A program made the translations under genes and the position numbers. From Lytechinus pictus (lineage: Eukaryota), in the NCBI RefSeq assembly GCF_037042905.1, contig NC_087249.1:16492001-16556000 (forward strand): a DNA stretch of 64,000 bases, in the 5' to 3' direction. The notes below the pieces were generated by a model. That model was not told where the DNA came from and did not search any database. It saw only the letters and a list, made by a program, of their open reading frames with translations. Of this stretch, positions 12,101 to 27,100 are shown one piece after another. How positions within the stretch are numbered: the stretch's first letter is position 1; each line of letters opens with the position of its first letter.

Positions 12101-15100
12101 ATACATATACCGTATCAAGTTTGTAGTTGATTTCCCCCCCCCCCCCCAAACAGTTCTTCAATCATGAAAACAAGATACTTCAATGACAGACAGACAGAAA
12201 GCAAAAAAAACATCTACAGTAGGTGGAGGCACGAAAAGAACAAGTTTATCCACCTACCTGGCTTCTGGGAGCAGCGTCTTGTATTCAGTAGGGGGCGTGG
12301 TCTCCGGGAAGTTATTGAGAATCATCAACCAATGAGGCAAGACATCCTTGCCGTGGTAGGTGAACATGATCTCTAGAGCCTTCCAATCAGAATCCTGCAA
12401 AATATAAACAATATGAATAATTGAAAAGAGGGTTCGGTCACAGGAAAGTTTTTGAAAATCATTAGCCAAGAAATAAGATAGTGATAGCTGAATATGATTC
12501 CAGAGCCTTCCCAATCAGTATCAGATAAATATGAATGATATTAATAATCAACAGGATGAATGCCCCTGGCAGCCTCATTTGCATAACACAATTAATTCAA
12601 AAGTAGCAATTTTTTTGTGATATTCATTTATCTTTGTGTACAAATTCAATAAAATCAAACTTTAAAATTTAAACTGATCATTTATTTCACCTAAATTCAA
12701 CAATTTTTTTTAAAATCAGAATTGGAAAAACATCATTAAAATCAAGGGACTGGTGAGTAGTGCCATAAAATAATCAACCTTTTTGAACAAGTAAAAACCC
12801 CATTTTTTCCTTTGACTTAACTTCGTGATCTGCTTAAGCCAAAGTGATTTGAAAGGGCTTTACAAATTTTCATATGAACAAGAAAACATAGACGAATAAT
12901 TTCAGGAAGTTCCCACATACAAAATGTATATGTGTTGGATGTACATGTATGGAATAGCCCAAATGAAACCTTGCCTCCTGTAAATTCAATATTCCTCTTC
13001 TTCATTGACTTCATTCATCACTACATGTATCAAAAGTGATCAAAATTAAACTTACCCTTGCCATTCTGACTGCTGCCTCTACAATGTTCTCAGATCTGAA
13101 TTTCTCAAAGTCCTTCTCGTTGTACGCTCTCAATGCCGATTCCCCTCCTCCGAGAATCTCCTTTTAAGAATAGGAGAATCAAATCAATATTTCAATGTAT
13201 ACATGCATCTGACGAATCAATTTTGGAGTACTGGTAAAGCCGTTCTTTTGCATCATGCTCAAGCAACAAGAGTATATTTATGAGTTCTTGAATTCACAAT
13301 GCGCAACTAATTTCTAAATGAATTTTTTTAATTTTAAGTTGTTCGAGACAGAATGATTTCGCTTTAACACACGTTTTCCATAGACTCCAAGCTGCATGTA
13401 CTGTATGCGGGCTCAGTCAACAGGTTTAGTTGCTAGATTGTTCTTTACATAATTACCCTTCATATGAAAAGCTCAATTCTGAAATGGTTACATTTCAATA
13501 TGAATTAATGTAGTTGTATCCACTTTCCTGTCGTTATTTTTCATTGTATGTCTTATTTTTTGCCTAAAAATAAAAGGAAAGCATAAAAAAAGAATATCTC
13601 TCCCCATGGAAAGCATATTACAAAGAACTTTTCCACCAATCCTCTAGAGTTTATGATTCATTCGTGAACACTCCTATATTTCAGTGGAAAAATCTGGATT
13701 TGAAGTTATTTTACCTCATAAGTTTTCAGTCTGTCCAAGTATCCAAGCAGTCTCGTTCTGCAGCGACACAGTTCTCTTTGTTCAAGAGTCAGCCTAGTAA
13801 GAAAAAAATATTAAATGTTTGCAAACTTTCAGCAACTGTGGAGACGAATGAATAACATGCACATCAATAAATATATCCAAACAATCAAGAGTACAATCAA
13901 ACAAAAAAGTAGTAAGAATTCTTCCAGATTATGAGCATCATAACAAAGTTTAGGCAATTTTAAATTTTGCATTATTTTGAGAAAGGCCATAAAAGAAGCT
14001 CTCACATTATGGTAGAGCATGGTTAGAGTCAGCCAGTGATGACTGAGTGACCGTCTTGACTGTAGTGGACATCATTACACATATGGTCTACAATGGCTAC
14101 ATGTATATTATGGTCTTCTTCAGGGTGGTTCCACAAAACTAACAATATACTAGTATCAGGGGTGTGATAGGTCACAAATAAAAAGATCTGAAAAAAGCTG
14201 AAGAGTGTTGAAAAAGAAAGAGCTCCCATACTTTTTGTACAGGGGAAGGCCAAAAATAAGCTGAAATTAAGCTGGAAAAAAAAAACTCTCACACCCCTGT
14301 AGTATATCCAATCTCTTTATGAACTATGAAACAGAGATAAGTCATATCAGGAAAGTCGTACATAAAGGTGGCCACACTTACATACTTTACAAAATTGGCC
14401 TATGGCTGTATTTACAGCAGCACTACAGCTCTGAACAATTAATACGGGCACTTAACCGTAACTGAATTACTTAGAAAGTTTTAATGCTGGCTTTATCCAC
14501 TTACTTTGAAAAATCAACCTGGGCCAGGAGCTTATCTCTCTTCTCTTTCTTTTTCCTCTCAAAGAGCTCTTCCTCAGTTTCTTCATCTTCGTCATCATCA
14601 TCATCATCATCGCCATGACGATAGTGATCAAAGGGCCTTTCCAACTCAATATCATCATCAGAGCACAAAATGAACCTAGTCAAAGAGAGACCACGAGGAC
14701 ATGAATCGAACAGGGATAGTATAAATGAGGCAAAACCCTCCAAATTTTGGCTTGAAATAAAAAAATAATAATACAATAATAAAGATTTTGTTTGATATTC
14801 CACAATTTTTATTTGAAATTATTAATCATATTCTTGAGATTAAGTGTCCTATGAACCACAGGGTTCTTTATTTTGAAAATAAAAAAGAAACTCCAAGATA
14901 ATTATACAATAAATTCAAAATAATCATACAATAATTCCAAGATAATCATATAATATTGACAGAAATTGATGTTGTGGTTGGGATTCAAACCCATGACCTT
15001 CTGTTTCAAAGACAAGTGTCAGAACCACCAGACCACGACGCTTCCATACTAACCTCCCTTTGTCTTCCTGGTTGCCAATAGAGATGAGGGCTTGAAGGTC

Positions 15101-18100
15101 CGTTCCTCTGAGGCCGTATAGGAGGAGCTCCCTGGCAGCATCGATGTCATCCGGGATGCGATCCAGACACTCATGAAGAACCCAAGAACGTTTGGTGATC
15201 TTACTCTAGAATAATCAAAAACAAAATTTGTTTTTTTGTTTTTGTAAATACCAGGGATTTGTGACTGAGTGATCTGAGGCGCCTGACTACACCATTGAAG
15301 ACCAGGGTTCGATTTCAAGCACAGCCTTGAGCAAGGCATTTGATCTACATTGCTTTTTTTATCTTGCATCAAATAAATGAAAATATTACATGTATTATTG
15401 TTACCAATTTGTACACTGATGAAAAGAAAATAACAAAGGTTGGCAACACGAAGCACAGTAATTGATTACAGAGCAAGTTTTCATGATTCATTGAATGGAA
15501 CACAATATACAATCATAAAAACTGATTGCACGGATTCATTCTGGATAGATCTAGATTACAGGTACCTACAACAATGCCTAGAATTTTGACTTACCAAGTA
15601 GTCTTGAATTGAGGCCAGTGAAACTCTGCTTTTCCTCCACTGTGTCTGGTAGACTAGGTCTGAATCTAGACCAAACCGCTGGGACAGGGCTAACGCCTCG
15701 CCGTATTCCTCATTTTGGATCTAGAGCAGAGAAATGGAATGAAATCTATGGTAAACTGCACATCTCACATTTTAAATAAAACTGCACAGCAATTTGATTT
15801 GTTCAAAAAGAAAAAATAGACTTAAGTCTAAATACATAAATAGACAGACTAAGTTAAAGTCTAAAATATAGACCAAATAGCTGAGAATAAGGCAAAGCCG
15901 TATTCTTTGTTTTTAATCTAAAGAAAACATATGGAATATTATCTATATTGGACAAACTGATTTAGATCTTGAATTTGAAAAAAAGAAAAAAAGAAATGCC
16001 TAGCTTTTTTTCTCAAAATTAGTCATTTAATGAGTAGCCGTTCAACACCAAAATGAGCATGGCATTTTAGAAACTATCAAGGTATAATCAATGCACGTGC
16101 CCATGTATACATATTGGTGCTGGTGATTGTTAGTAAACTCAGCTTTCAGCTAGTCTTGTTATCATTTCATGTTCACCTGGCATAAATTAGATCACAACTG
16201 ACACTGCTAATATCATGATGCTTTCATGACCTTAACAACTTTGTCTGAAAATTATTACTATTCTGGAGTTTGGTTATAAAAGAGATTAAGAATATAGGTC
16301 CAAAATTTACCTTTCTGAGGAACAATTCATCTGGTGTGGTTTTCTGGATACTCAGGAGGCAGTATGTTCTATGAGTCACTCTAAGGTATGAAACATTTAA
16401 TTCATTAAGATATTCAACTGCAAGTTCATAATATGACTTATGTACCAAAGCAATCATATTACTTTCAAATCAGTTATGTATTGATTGAATGTCACTAAAA
16501 TTTATCTATTAACTCTTTGTGCACTGGACCATGAACCCATCTGTACTGAATTATTTTCAGGGAGGGAAACAATGCATTGTTTGTTGAGTGTGAAATGCGA
16601 AGTTCGCACGGCACCGAGTGTGCATTGGTGCGAAGTACGCGTGGAAAGGGTTAATTACAAGCTAGTGATTGGCATTTGCAACCAACAGCAATAGGCATCT
16701 TGCAGTACCCAATAATCCAATTCAATTCAATCTAATTTGGTTTATTTGTAGTAAAGACATCGTAAAAACAGTCAAGAGACTGAAACATACAAATTTCATA
16801 ATCTCAATAAGGCAGAGGGAGAATTGCACGAAAATTGTAATAAATTGCAAGTCAATACTTGGGTTCTGTAATACAAAGGTTAGAAATTGATAGTGTGCTT
16901 GATTTTAACAATAGATTGTATATTATGGACAGTGAAATCAATCCTAAAGATATTCTTCTATGATAATTGATAAGCTTTGTGTTACGGGCCCCAGATCACG
17001 AAGTCAATCATAATAGCTGCTACTAATTTCACAATTGCAACTGATAGCCTGATCGCTTCTCCAAAAGAAAGTATAAATTTACTTGACATCCCCCAATTTG
17101 ATCTATCAATTACAGAATAGTACTGATCTTTGCTACTGATTGCAACAGTCACATTGTCTACAAACATTACACAAACAGGGTAGTAGCTATACATTGTCAC
17201 CTATTCTATGAAGTAAAATGAAATTTAGAATATTAATCAGGGCCAACAATGAGAATAAGTTAATTTGAATGAATGTTACCGTAGCCAGTGAGCCACCTTG
17301 TAAAGGAAAACCTGACTTCTCCTTCTTAAAGACTAAATGACCACAGATACAATTTGTCACTGAAAAATTTCTGTGACATACTGAAAGTTTGTGAATATTG
17401 TTCAAGGAAACTAATTATTCATTTGGAACAAGTATAAAAAAAACTGATATGGGAAGAAAATTCAAAGTGGTTACCTTGGTTTTTTCCGTGGAGGTTGGAA
17501 TCTTTCACTCTCCGTCACATAGTACATCACCTACAAACAGAAACACATGAAAGCCTGTTAGTTTTAATCACTGGGCCTGAAGTCCCTGAACAAGAGTCAA
17601 AATATATCAAAGCACTATATATTTATATGTACAATATAAAGCCTGGAAAAGCCTAAAATGGGAAGTTATCAGTGCCTGAAATCAGGCAAAAGCTGACTGG
17701 CATCTCTGGAAATAAGACAGAAATTCAGTGAAAATTGAATTTTAACACAAATGTATAAAGGCATATTGAGGTTTACTACTGCCACCCACAGCCCTCCCTC
17801 TTTTTATTCTTTCCAGCATACTTCTTTTCATAATTCCCCCTTTCCTCGATCCACCTCTCACACAATGTGCAAATGCATTTCAAGATTGTACACATATCCA
17901 TACCTCTTTCATGTACTTGGCAGTCTTTGTAAGGAGCGGTGCATCTTCGTCATCGTCGTCATCATCCTCTTCATCGTCAGTTCCTTCTATCATAGAACTG
18001 GTATCACCATCTCTCTCCCCATCGGTAGGACTCCTCGGCCTCTTCATAGGAACTGATCTACTCTCACACTAGAGACAAAGAGAATGGTACACTAAACAGC

Positions 18101-21100
18101 TGAAATCCGTCTGTTTGGAGGAGCTTTTGAAACATTTTCTTTTTTACTTAGGGGTTTCTCCTCCTGAATAGATGACACATACAGTGTGAGGGACCTATGC
18201 CCCAAAGGCTCAGAAAATAAAAAGAACCCTGGGAAATCCCTGTTTACTGTAATGTCAAAGCTTATCCAATGTTAAAGATTTAGGTAGTAGTTTGTGAGAA
18301 GTAGTCCACGAAATCAAAAAATAAAATTGCCGGACTCTAGCTATTAAAACTCCTTGATACAACAACTTGTCGCAGCTAAAGCAGAGAACTTGCTTACATC
18401 TAATGCCATGAACCCTTTTTCAGAGGCAAGTGTCACCCTCGGGGCAGGTGCCAACCATTCACATGATGTCCCAAGAAGATTACTCAAATTGGCAACAGAG
18501 CATACAGCTACCGCTCCTGAACATCTGGCCAAGATTATAGCCTGAAAAAGAAAATCATGAAAAATGAAACTGTAATATTGCTTCAGAACATGAAGATAAT
18601 AGAGTACCGACGTGTGACATCATCAATTTTCCCTTTTTGCATGTCAGTGTTTTTGATACCATATTTTGGTAGAGCATGATGAAAACCCCCAACAACCCAA
18701 ATTTGGGGTGGGAATTGGTCCTTGAGGCCCCAAGATATGACCTCATGAATAGATAATAGCCCCATTGAATTCAAAGTATTATTGACCAGGTTCCTAACAT
18801 TTAGAACCAGGCCAATAATATATTGCCTTCAATTCTGTATTCACGAGGTTATACAATTTCTAAGGCTAGGGACAGTGATTATCTGCGATCGCGGAAAACG
18901 GACGGAATTCACGGAATCGGCCTTTTGAAACGGAAAGTGGCTTTTCAAACGGAAAATCACAGAAAACTTGTTTTTTCTCAAAATGCACAAAATATCAACA
19001 GAAATTTATCCCAAATCCTCAACAAAATACGAATATCAACTGAAAAAAAACACGATCTCACTTTGCAACAACAATCATGACAATCAACACATCGTAACTA
19101 CACTGCACTCGAGCCCCTCCATCACTCGATCGTATCCAAACTAGTTTACAATGACGTCCGCATATAAGGCAGAATTCGGCCGTGTGTTGCTGCCCTCTGC
19201 CTTCGGTCATAATACAATGATCACGGTGATTCAACAAATCCAAAATGGCGGATAGGCGGAAGTCGTCGACTGCTCAAAACGATGTCCGAAAAGTCCCCAA
19301 ATCAGCGATAAAATCCCATATGACCATAAAATAATGCTAATAATATGAAAGGTGAGGATGTATTAATGTTGATTGTGTTTCTCTAAATAGTTTTTTAGCT
19401 CGAATCTCTTCAATTAAAATGGATTTTAAAGCGATGTTAGTACATTGGTAGATGCAAATTTTGACCAGCGCTAGCATTTTGACATCGCGCTACTCATTGC
19501 GTATTGGTTTTCAATGTAAACGGAATTGTCACTTTTTCATGTACACAAAGTCTATGGGGAAACAGAATTTCCGTTTTTAGACATGCTGAAACGGAATTTG
19601 AGATTTTCTGAAACGGAAAAGGCAATTTTTAGAAATGGAAAATCACTGTCCCTATAAGGCCCCCATGGACTAATTCCCACCAAATTCTGGTAGTGGGGGG
19701 GTTTTCATCATGCTCTACCAAAATATGGTATCAAAAATGCAGAAATGCAAAAGAGACTTTTGTGACCTCATTACTTTGGTACTCTATAACAATAACAGCT
19801 CAACTCCAGCAGGGATATTACTACAATGCAGTGTAAAGCATGGTATACAAATATATCATGCTATGAGAAAGTACAGTGGGAATTATTCATGCAAGGTTGG
19901 ACAGGCCAAGAATGAATAATTCCACTTTACATGTATTTTCATAAGAAACACCTAGGTACCTTCTTACAAGAGTTGTGATTGATCCAATCAACCTCAAATT
20001 TATGGAAATCCATCAATGTCATAATTTTTCCTACATGAATGAAGTCCTGTTTAGTGATTGCTTCCAATAGCATCATGTGTGCTAATATACCATAGCATAA
20101 CATTTGAAATGCATGTTTGTTCAAAATATTTTGATATGGGCCCTGTTGCATAAAATTTTCTATTATGGCAACTTTGCCATCCAATGGTAACTTGTCTGGA
20201 ATCCTTGATTTTGATTGGGGTATATCAGCGTTACCATGGTAGTTTCCATTAGATGGCAAAGTTACCATAATAGAAAATTTTATGCAACAGTGCCCATATC
20301 AAAATATTTTGAACAAACATGCATTTCAAATGTTATGCTATGGTATATTAGCACATGATGCTATTGGAAGCAATCACTAAACAGGACTTGATTCATGTAG
20401 GATATGATGTAGAATATAAGTTTACTGCACTATATCAATTTACAATATTTTTATATTCATATTATATTTATGGAAAGGCAATTTTCCAACATTATTCATG
20501 TTCCAATCAACAATCATTCAACTAGGTTTGTAAAATCCCCCCCTTTTTCCCCCTGCCCCAGTTCCCTGCAAGAACACTGCATAAATAGCTATGCCTCACC
20601 TCTTCAGACCAGAAATTAATGTCAATCAAGAGATTTGAGAATGATGCCCCTGAAAACAGATTAAAAGAAATACAACAATATCAAACATTAGGATTGGAGA
20701 TTTTTTTTTTCAGACACCTTTGCGTCTTCATCGAACAGAAACCTGTCATTAAACAGCATCAATCATAACAAATATTTATGCCTTTTAGTATCTCCAACCA
20801 AACTTTCAAATGATATGTAAAACACTTCTTGTAAAATTTCTACAAAGCAGTGATCATATCCATACAATGTTGTGATATCATTCATGTTATATCATCAGGG
20901 AATAGTCTCTTTAGGAAAGAAGGCAGTTGTTCTTTATTAACTTTCCTAACAATATCCACCTGTATTCTGTCGGCTACAACTTTCTCAAGTTGATTTATTT
21001 TTAGAAAGGAAAGAATTTACTTCTTTTCAATGTAATAATTATTCTGGCAGAATCAACCACCCTCCTATTTCCTTTACAATCCTGAATTTTAGCAAACAAA

Positions 21101-24100
21101 AATGATATTCCCTGAATTATAAAACATGACTTAGCCCCTTTGGAATGGAACATGCTTAACCAAATTTCTTAATAAACACGCAGTTATCTTTAAAATGATG
21201 AACATACAAAATCTGACAAACAAATTACTTGTTCCTTAAACTGATTAAATGGGACTTAGCTCAATTTTTAAGAAAAGCTACAATATATCATTTTTCCATA
21301 GGTAGTTGTGGTACAAAATCTGGCTGACAAGTGCATTTTTTAAAGCTATAATATTGGATTTAGGTCCTTTTGAAAGGGAACTCGTACTATGATAAGTAGA
21401 TGTCACTCACCATCGTTAGCTTTCTTCCTCATTGGTACCAGGATGTTGGGATTAGTCTCGTTAAAACCAGGCTGAAAATTAGATTCAAGAATCATAACGA
21501 TGAGATCATCCTAGTAGTCTACAGGTGCAGACCCTCATCAACACTTCTAGCACAAGCACTGACTCATAGTGGGGCAATGCCAGAAATTATGTACAACTGA
21601 ACCCTATGGGGGACCTACTTGACATTATTGGTCTATTGTTTTCAAGTTCATATAAAAGGTTGTAAGGCTCGTTGCTCTCAAATTATAATGTATAAAGAGG
21701 GCCCAGATACACAAAGCTTTATGAATCCCTATCCCTATCTATTTTGAGTTTTCCATTCAGTCTGCTTAAAAGTGGTTTGAGAACTATGGTTAAAGTGTCC
21801 ATGAACTATAAAGGTTCTACTTTCAAGACTACATTTAGTGTAAAATTTAGGTTGGCAGAATGCAAATAAAAATATATAATATTTTGAACAGATTACATGG
21901 GGTTGAAAAGTCTTTGATGGTAAAGTAATTCAAGGATCTCAGCTAAAATTTATATAAATCTATCATTTCCTGCTGTGATGCAACTTGCTAGAACTTTTGT
22001 CACTAAAATGATAATTTTTATTGCTATGCAGTCAGTCCGCAAGCCCCTGTGTTAATGAGCAAATGAGCAAGATTTATCCAAGTCCTCTCGTGGCTGAATT
22101 CATGTCCCTGCAAAATCTCGTGAATTGTGAGACTTTCTTTCTCAAAGAATTTAACCACTTTCTCCTTGAGTAATATTGATTATTTTTGTACCATGGGCAA
22201 GAGTAAATGTTACCCTTTTATATTGGTCATTTCTTTTGAATGAAATATTTTGATAAATAAGTGAATTTTTTACCTGAAAAGATGCATCAAACAGAATTTT
22301 CTTCCTCTGTTTTCACTTGCAAATTGTGCAACATTTTGTGTTTTAGGCACCAAGTTTCATTATTTATATCATCAGAAAGCTCAAAGTCTATACTTTCTTA
22401 CAATGTCACTCTTGATATGTGGCATCTTTTAGATGGGTCAGCAGCCAGTTATTTCCATCAAGATGCAAGACGAGATTTCTGAAATTTCTGAGTAACATAA
22501 AATCCAGAGTTCTGATTGGCTGAATACTGTTTTCAAAACAAACAGGCGCGGGTAATTTATAGAGATTACCACATGGTGAGTGTGACCTTGCAGAGGCCCA
22601 GTGTGGGGAACATTGGAATTTGCGTGGGTGTGTGGTCTATGACCAATCAGAGCGCAGTATTCTTGTTTTTGAGCTGCAAAATGTACTTGGTCTATGAAAA
22701 GCTGGCTGCTGACCCATCTAAAATACATCTTCTTATAAAAATTATATCATATTAAAGCTTAGATCTTCAGCTTTATCATGATTTAAAAATCATTTGTGCC
22801 CAAACAGAAATTAAGTGTGAAAACAACAACTTTTGTTGCATGAAAAAAAATATTTTGTTTCATGTTTTAGATCAAAAGTTTTTCCTATATTACAACATTC
22901 TTTTAAAAATCCAAACACATGACCTAAGAGAATGATTCTTCTTCTTTACAAAGATACCAAAAACATGAAATTTTGTCAATATTTAGAGCAGCAATGGCCG
23001 AATAAAAAGAGGTGTTTTGGTTCGCACCAAGCTCATTAACTATGCAAAAACCCTCTTGTCATGAATATCACTTGGATAAAAGAAGCTACTTTTTCAGGGC
23101 TTGCGGACTGACTGTATGCTCTGAATTTGTATGAAATAAAAGAATAATTTATTCTAGAACTGGAAGCAAATACAACATCACAGCAATTTTCCTTTTAATC
23201 CTGATTTCAGTCTGTCTATTAGTCTTGAAACAATAAAGCACAAAACAATCATTTTATGCACAATTAACTAAAACTTCATGCTCAAATTAATTCTGAACTT
23301 TACAAGACCCAACTGAAAACATATCAATTCAATGAAGCAATAAAATAAAGGTTTTGTAGATCAAACAACAATAATTGATAAAGATTTTTTTCTTTAAAGC
23401 TATTAAAAAGGGGTAAATTGAAAGAGGGGGAAAAATGCTAAAGATTTTGCTTAATACTGCTTCATGTCATATGTGGAGAATGGGTTCTTCATATTTTTAG
23501 AATTCTAAATGCATAATAATTCCTGAATTATTATTGCTATTATTATTAATGTTGAAAATATGTTTGGAGATACTCTCTACCTGGTCTTCGAGAGGCCAAG
23601 CTCGCTTTCTTCTGAGAGATGGAACATCCCACAGACACAACAGACCAGACTGGTGTGCCGTCACAAGACAGCTGCCTTTAGGGGACAGGCACATCCTATA
23701 GATACCATCCTGTTATGAGAGATGGGAACAAGAACGGTAATTGAACGTAAATTTCCTCAATGAAATACTATGGTCTTTGGCATTTCCTACAGCTGTTTGC
23801 AAAATTACACACAATTCTACAAACTGATATATACATGTATGAAGAGGATTGAGGTTTTCTAATATTTATTTTAGCTAAACTTCATATAGGCTGATCTTAA
23901 TTCAAAATATCACTATCAATGAAGAATAATGTTAAAAAAAAATAATCATGTCACAAAGTCAATATTATACAAACTAACATACTTTCTTGAGAAAAAACAA
24001 ATAGGGCTCGTTGTAGCAACCCACATCAATTGTCATTTTACATAACTTTACGACCAGCCTGGAAGGTTTACTGACGGATGGTCTATTATCACTTGGTCTT

Positions 24101-27100
24101 ATCATCAGATGGGCTAACAACATTCAGACTAAACCCACTGAGTCCAATTCTCTTTTGGTCTAATGACCACTTGGTCTAATAGCAAATTGGTCTAATGACC
24201 AGGAGTGTCTAATAGCCAATTGGTCTAATGACCACTTGGTCTAATAGCCAAATGGTCTAATGCCCAGTTGGGCTAATCGTCACTTGATCTAATTGTCATT
24301 TGGTCTAGTTGCCATTTTGTCTAATATATTCTATTGTCACTTAGTCTAATTGCATTTGGTCTAATACCAGTTCGTCTATTATAGTCAGTTTGTCTTATAC
24401 TAGTTGGTCTAATACTAGTTGGTCTAATCCTCACTTGGTCCATTATTCATTTGATCTATATTGCAGTTGGCCCAATGTGCAGTTGGTCTAATTTCCACTT
24501 CGGCTAATTTCCACTTTGTCTAATTTCCAGATAGTCTTACATTCATTTCTTCTCCATGCCACTTGGTCTAATTTTGTAAAAATTGGTGACATTTGTTTTC
24601 AATTTTCTGGTGAAATTTTTAAGTTACTTTCCGCACGACGGCTTCGAATATTCACACTCGTGCCCCTCGATATTGGAGTACAGTTAGAGTGATGTATGAG
24701 ATTAGACTCATGCCGTGAAACTAAACTGTCTATCAAGGCTAAATCATCTAATAATTGTCGAACTTGGCTTACATCTACGGACGACATGGAAGTTTTCAAA
24801 ACTTCCAAGGGCAAGAATTGAATATCCTAACAAGGCTTCTCCTTTAGTAATATTCAAACGACTTCTGAATTCCAAAAAATATTTGAATATCATTTAATTG
24901 CATAATTTGTTTTCGCTCATGTCAATATGTAATCATAAATGTTAAATTAATTATTATATGTTACAATTAAGTAACGAGTCTGCAGAATGTGCTATAGTGT
25001 GTGATGGAGTGTGTGTGGGGGTTTGGGTGCTTCTGTGTGTTTGTGTGTTTTTGATGAATCTGATGACAGCACAGAGGGTTGGGATTTCTAAAGATTTATT
25101 TCTTGTCTATTTTGCATATTATGTACTGTATATATTTACCATTATAATTTGTATGTATTTTAATTAACAGGGCCCAATTGTAAACCAGCTTTTTGTCTTT
25201 GTCAATGTTTTTATCATGTAAAGCTGAATTGGTTACCCTGTATAAAGTTGTGAAATAAATAAAAATATATACACTGAGAGAAAGGCCAACAGGTTCATTT
25301 ATTGGCGGTGTAGTAACCGGAGAGTGTGCTCTGGTACCCTCATCACTCCGGAGGGTGCAGGGCATGTGAGGTTCCAAAATCCAAGGGAGAGCATGGAGCA
25401 CTCTCACCCCCAGACGTTGATGCTGTTACTGTGGAGCGCACACAATCTGAACTGGCCACCGTGCCATCCATTTACAGGGATGAGCATGTAAACCTGTTGT
25501 TGAATAATCGTGGCGCAGCGGCAGGTAGGCCTACGATTTAATTTCAAATTCATTTTTAACCGGGAGAGCCCGGGCCTGAGCCTGAGGCCGGGCTGATTGT
25601 GCCACACCAAGGCAAAGTCCAAAATAACGGGCTCTGGAATGGCTCTAGGATGAAAATGTAATGCACGGAAACTGACCATATATCAGAAATTGAGGGTCTC
25701 CGAAACAGGTGGAACTAATGATCTATCAGCCTACTTATCTATTTATTTATTTCATTTACTATTTTGGGGGAGGGTGTAAAATTAATCCCCTACATCGCGG
25801 CCTGAAGATGCCCAAGCTATAAGTGGGCTGGTAGCAGGTGAGATCACCCCATGCTGGAAGGGGTTTGAATTCAATTGGGTATAGTGGGGAACACCAGCAG
25901 ACCCCTATACCAACATAGAGCTCTATCAAAGCTAAAGGATAGGGTAAACTGCTGAGCTTAATAATTGATATTTATGGAACTCTTCCGCTTCAGATCATTA
26001 GCCAGTGGTGCATATCGCAGCAGGAAAAGAAAACCTACCAGCACAGCCAAGAGAGCTGGCCGATCTGCAGCTTGGTGCACCCTGGAGTCAGACAGCCACA
26101 GGTGACCAGTTTGTGTTATTTGATCTAAACATGCCAGACAACAGAAACAGGATCGTTTGCTTTTGTTCAGATGAGGACCTGCAGCAACTCTGTGCCACTA
26201 ACACCCTCTACGTGGATGGAACATTTGGAACTGCTCCGCCCCTATCCATGCAGCTCTACACTATCCATAGCCTAGGTTTGTACGAGGAAAACAGTTGCCT
26301 CTTGTCTATGCTATCTTAACAGGTAGGTGCTGAATTTGAACAGACAAGGTTGTTTTATTATGGGAGCTTCATGCAGCTTACTTTATTAAGGTAATAAATC
26401 TGTTGGATACAGATTTAAGTGTACTTACATTGTAGCAATTTATTTAGGATCACTCCCCTGAAAAATAACACATAATTTTTACTGAAGGCTTAGACGTATG
26501 CCACAAACTTGTCTATTCCTAGCCTTCCCAGTCCGAACTCGTTTGAACTTTGGTCCCAAGGTTGACAATCAAACCTTCTGACTGACCTATAGCATGGAAA
26601 AAAATTTCTTGCATCTTCGAAATCTGAAACTTTATTTTCAGAAAATGAATTGTAAAAATCAATACTTAAAATGAAAGAGGATTATACCACAAAATTGGAC
26701 ATGTATGTCTCTGCTTTATCTTTATAAGTTTTCAAAATCATCAGTGGTAGAAAGTCACTTGGAAAGAAACAAAAATTAACACCCAGTTTAATGCAAGGAA
26801 ATATGAAGAATGACTTTGTTTTTTTTCCTTCATCTCACGCTTTCAATACCACACAGGGAAAACAGTGCAGATGTACACTGAGCTATTTAGACAGCTCAAG
26901 AACAGGGCATTCCAACACCTGATGGCCATGAACCCCCAGAAAATAATCAGATTTTGAATCTGGATTCAAGAGGGCTGTCATGGCAGAATTCCCCCAGGCA
27001 TAATAATATAATGTTCTCATCCATTTCCACCATACTGTGATATTGTATACAAATGCATTTCTTTATTATCATTATTAATATTATCATTATTATTATTTTT

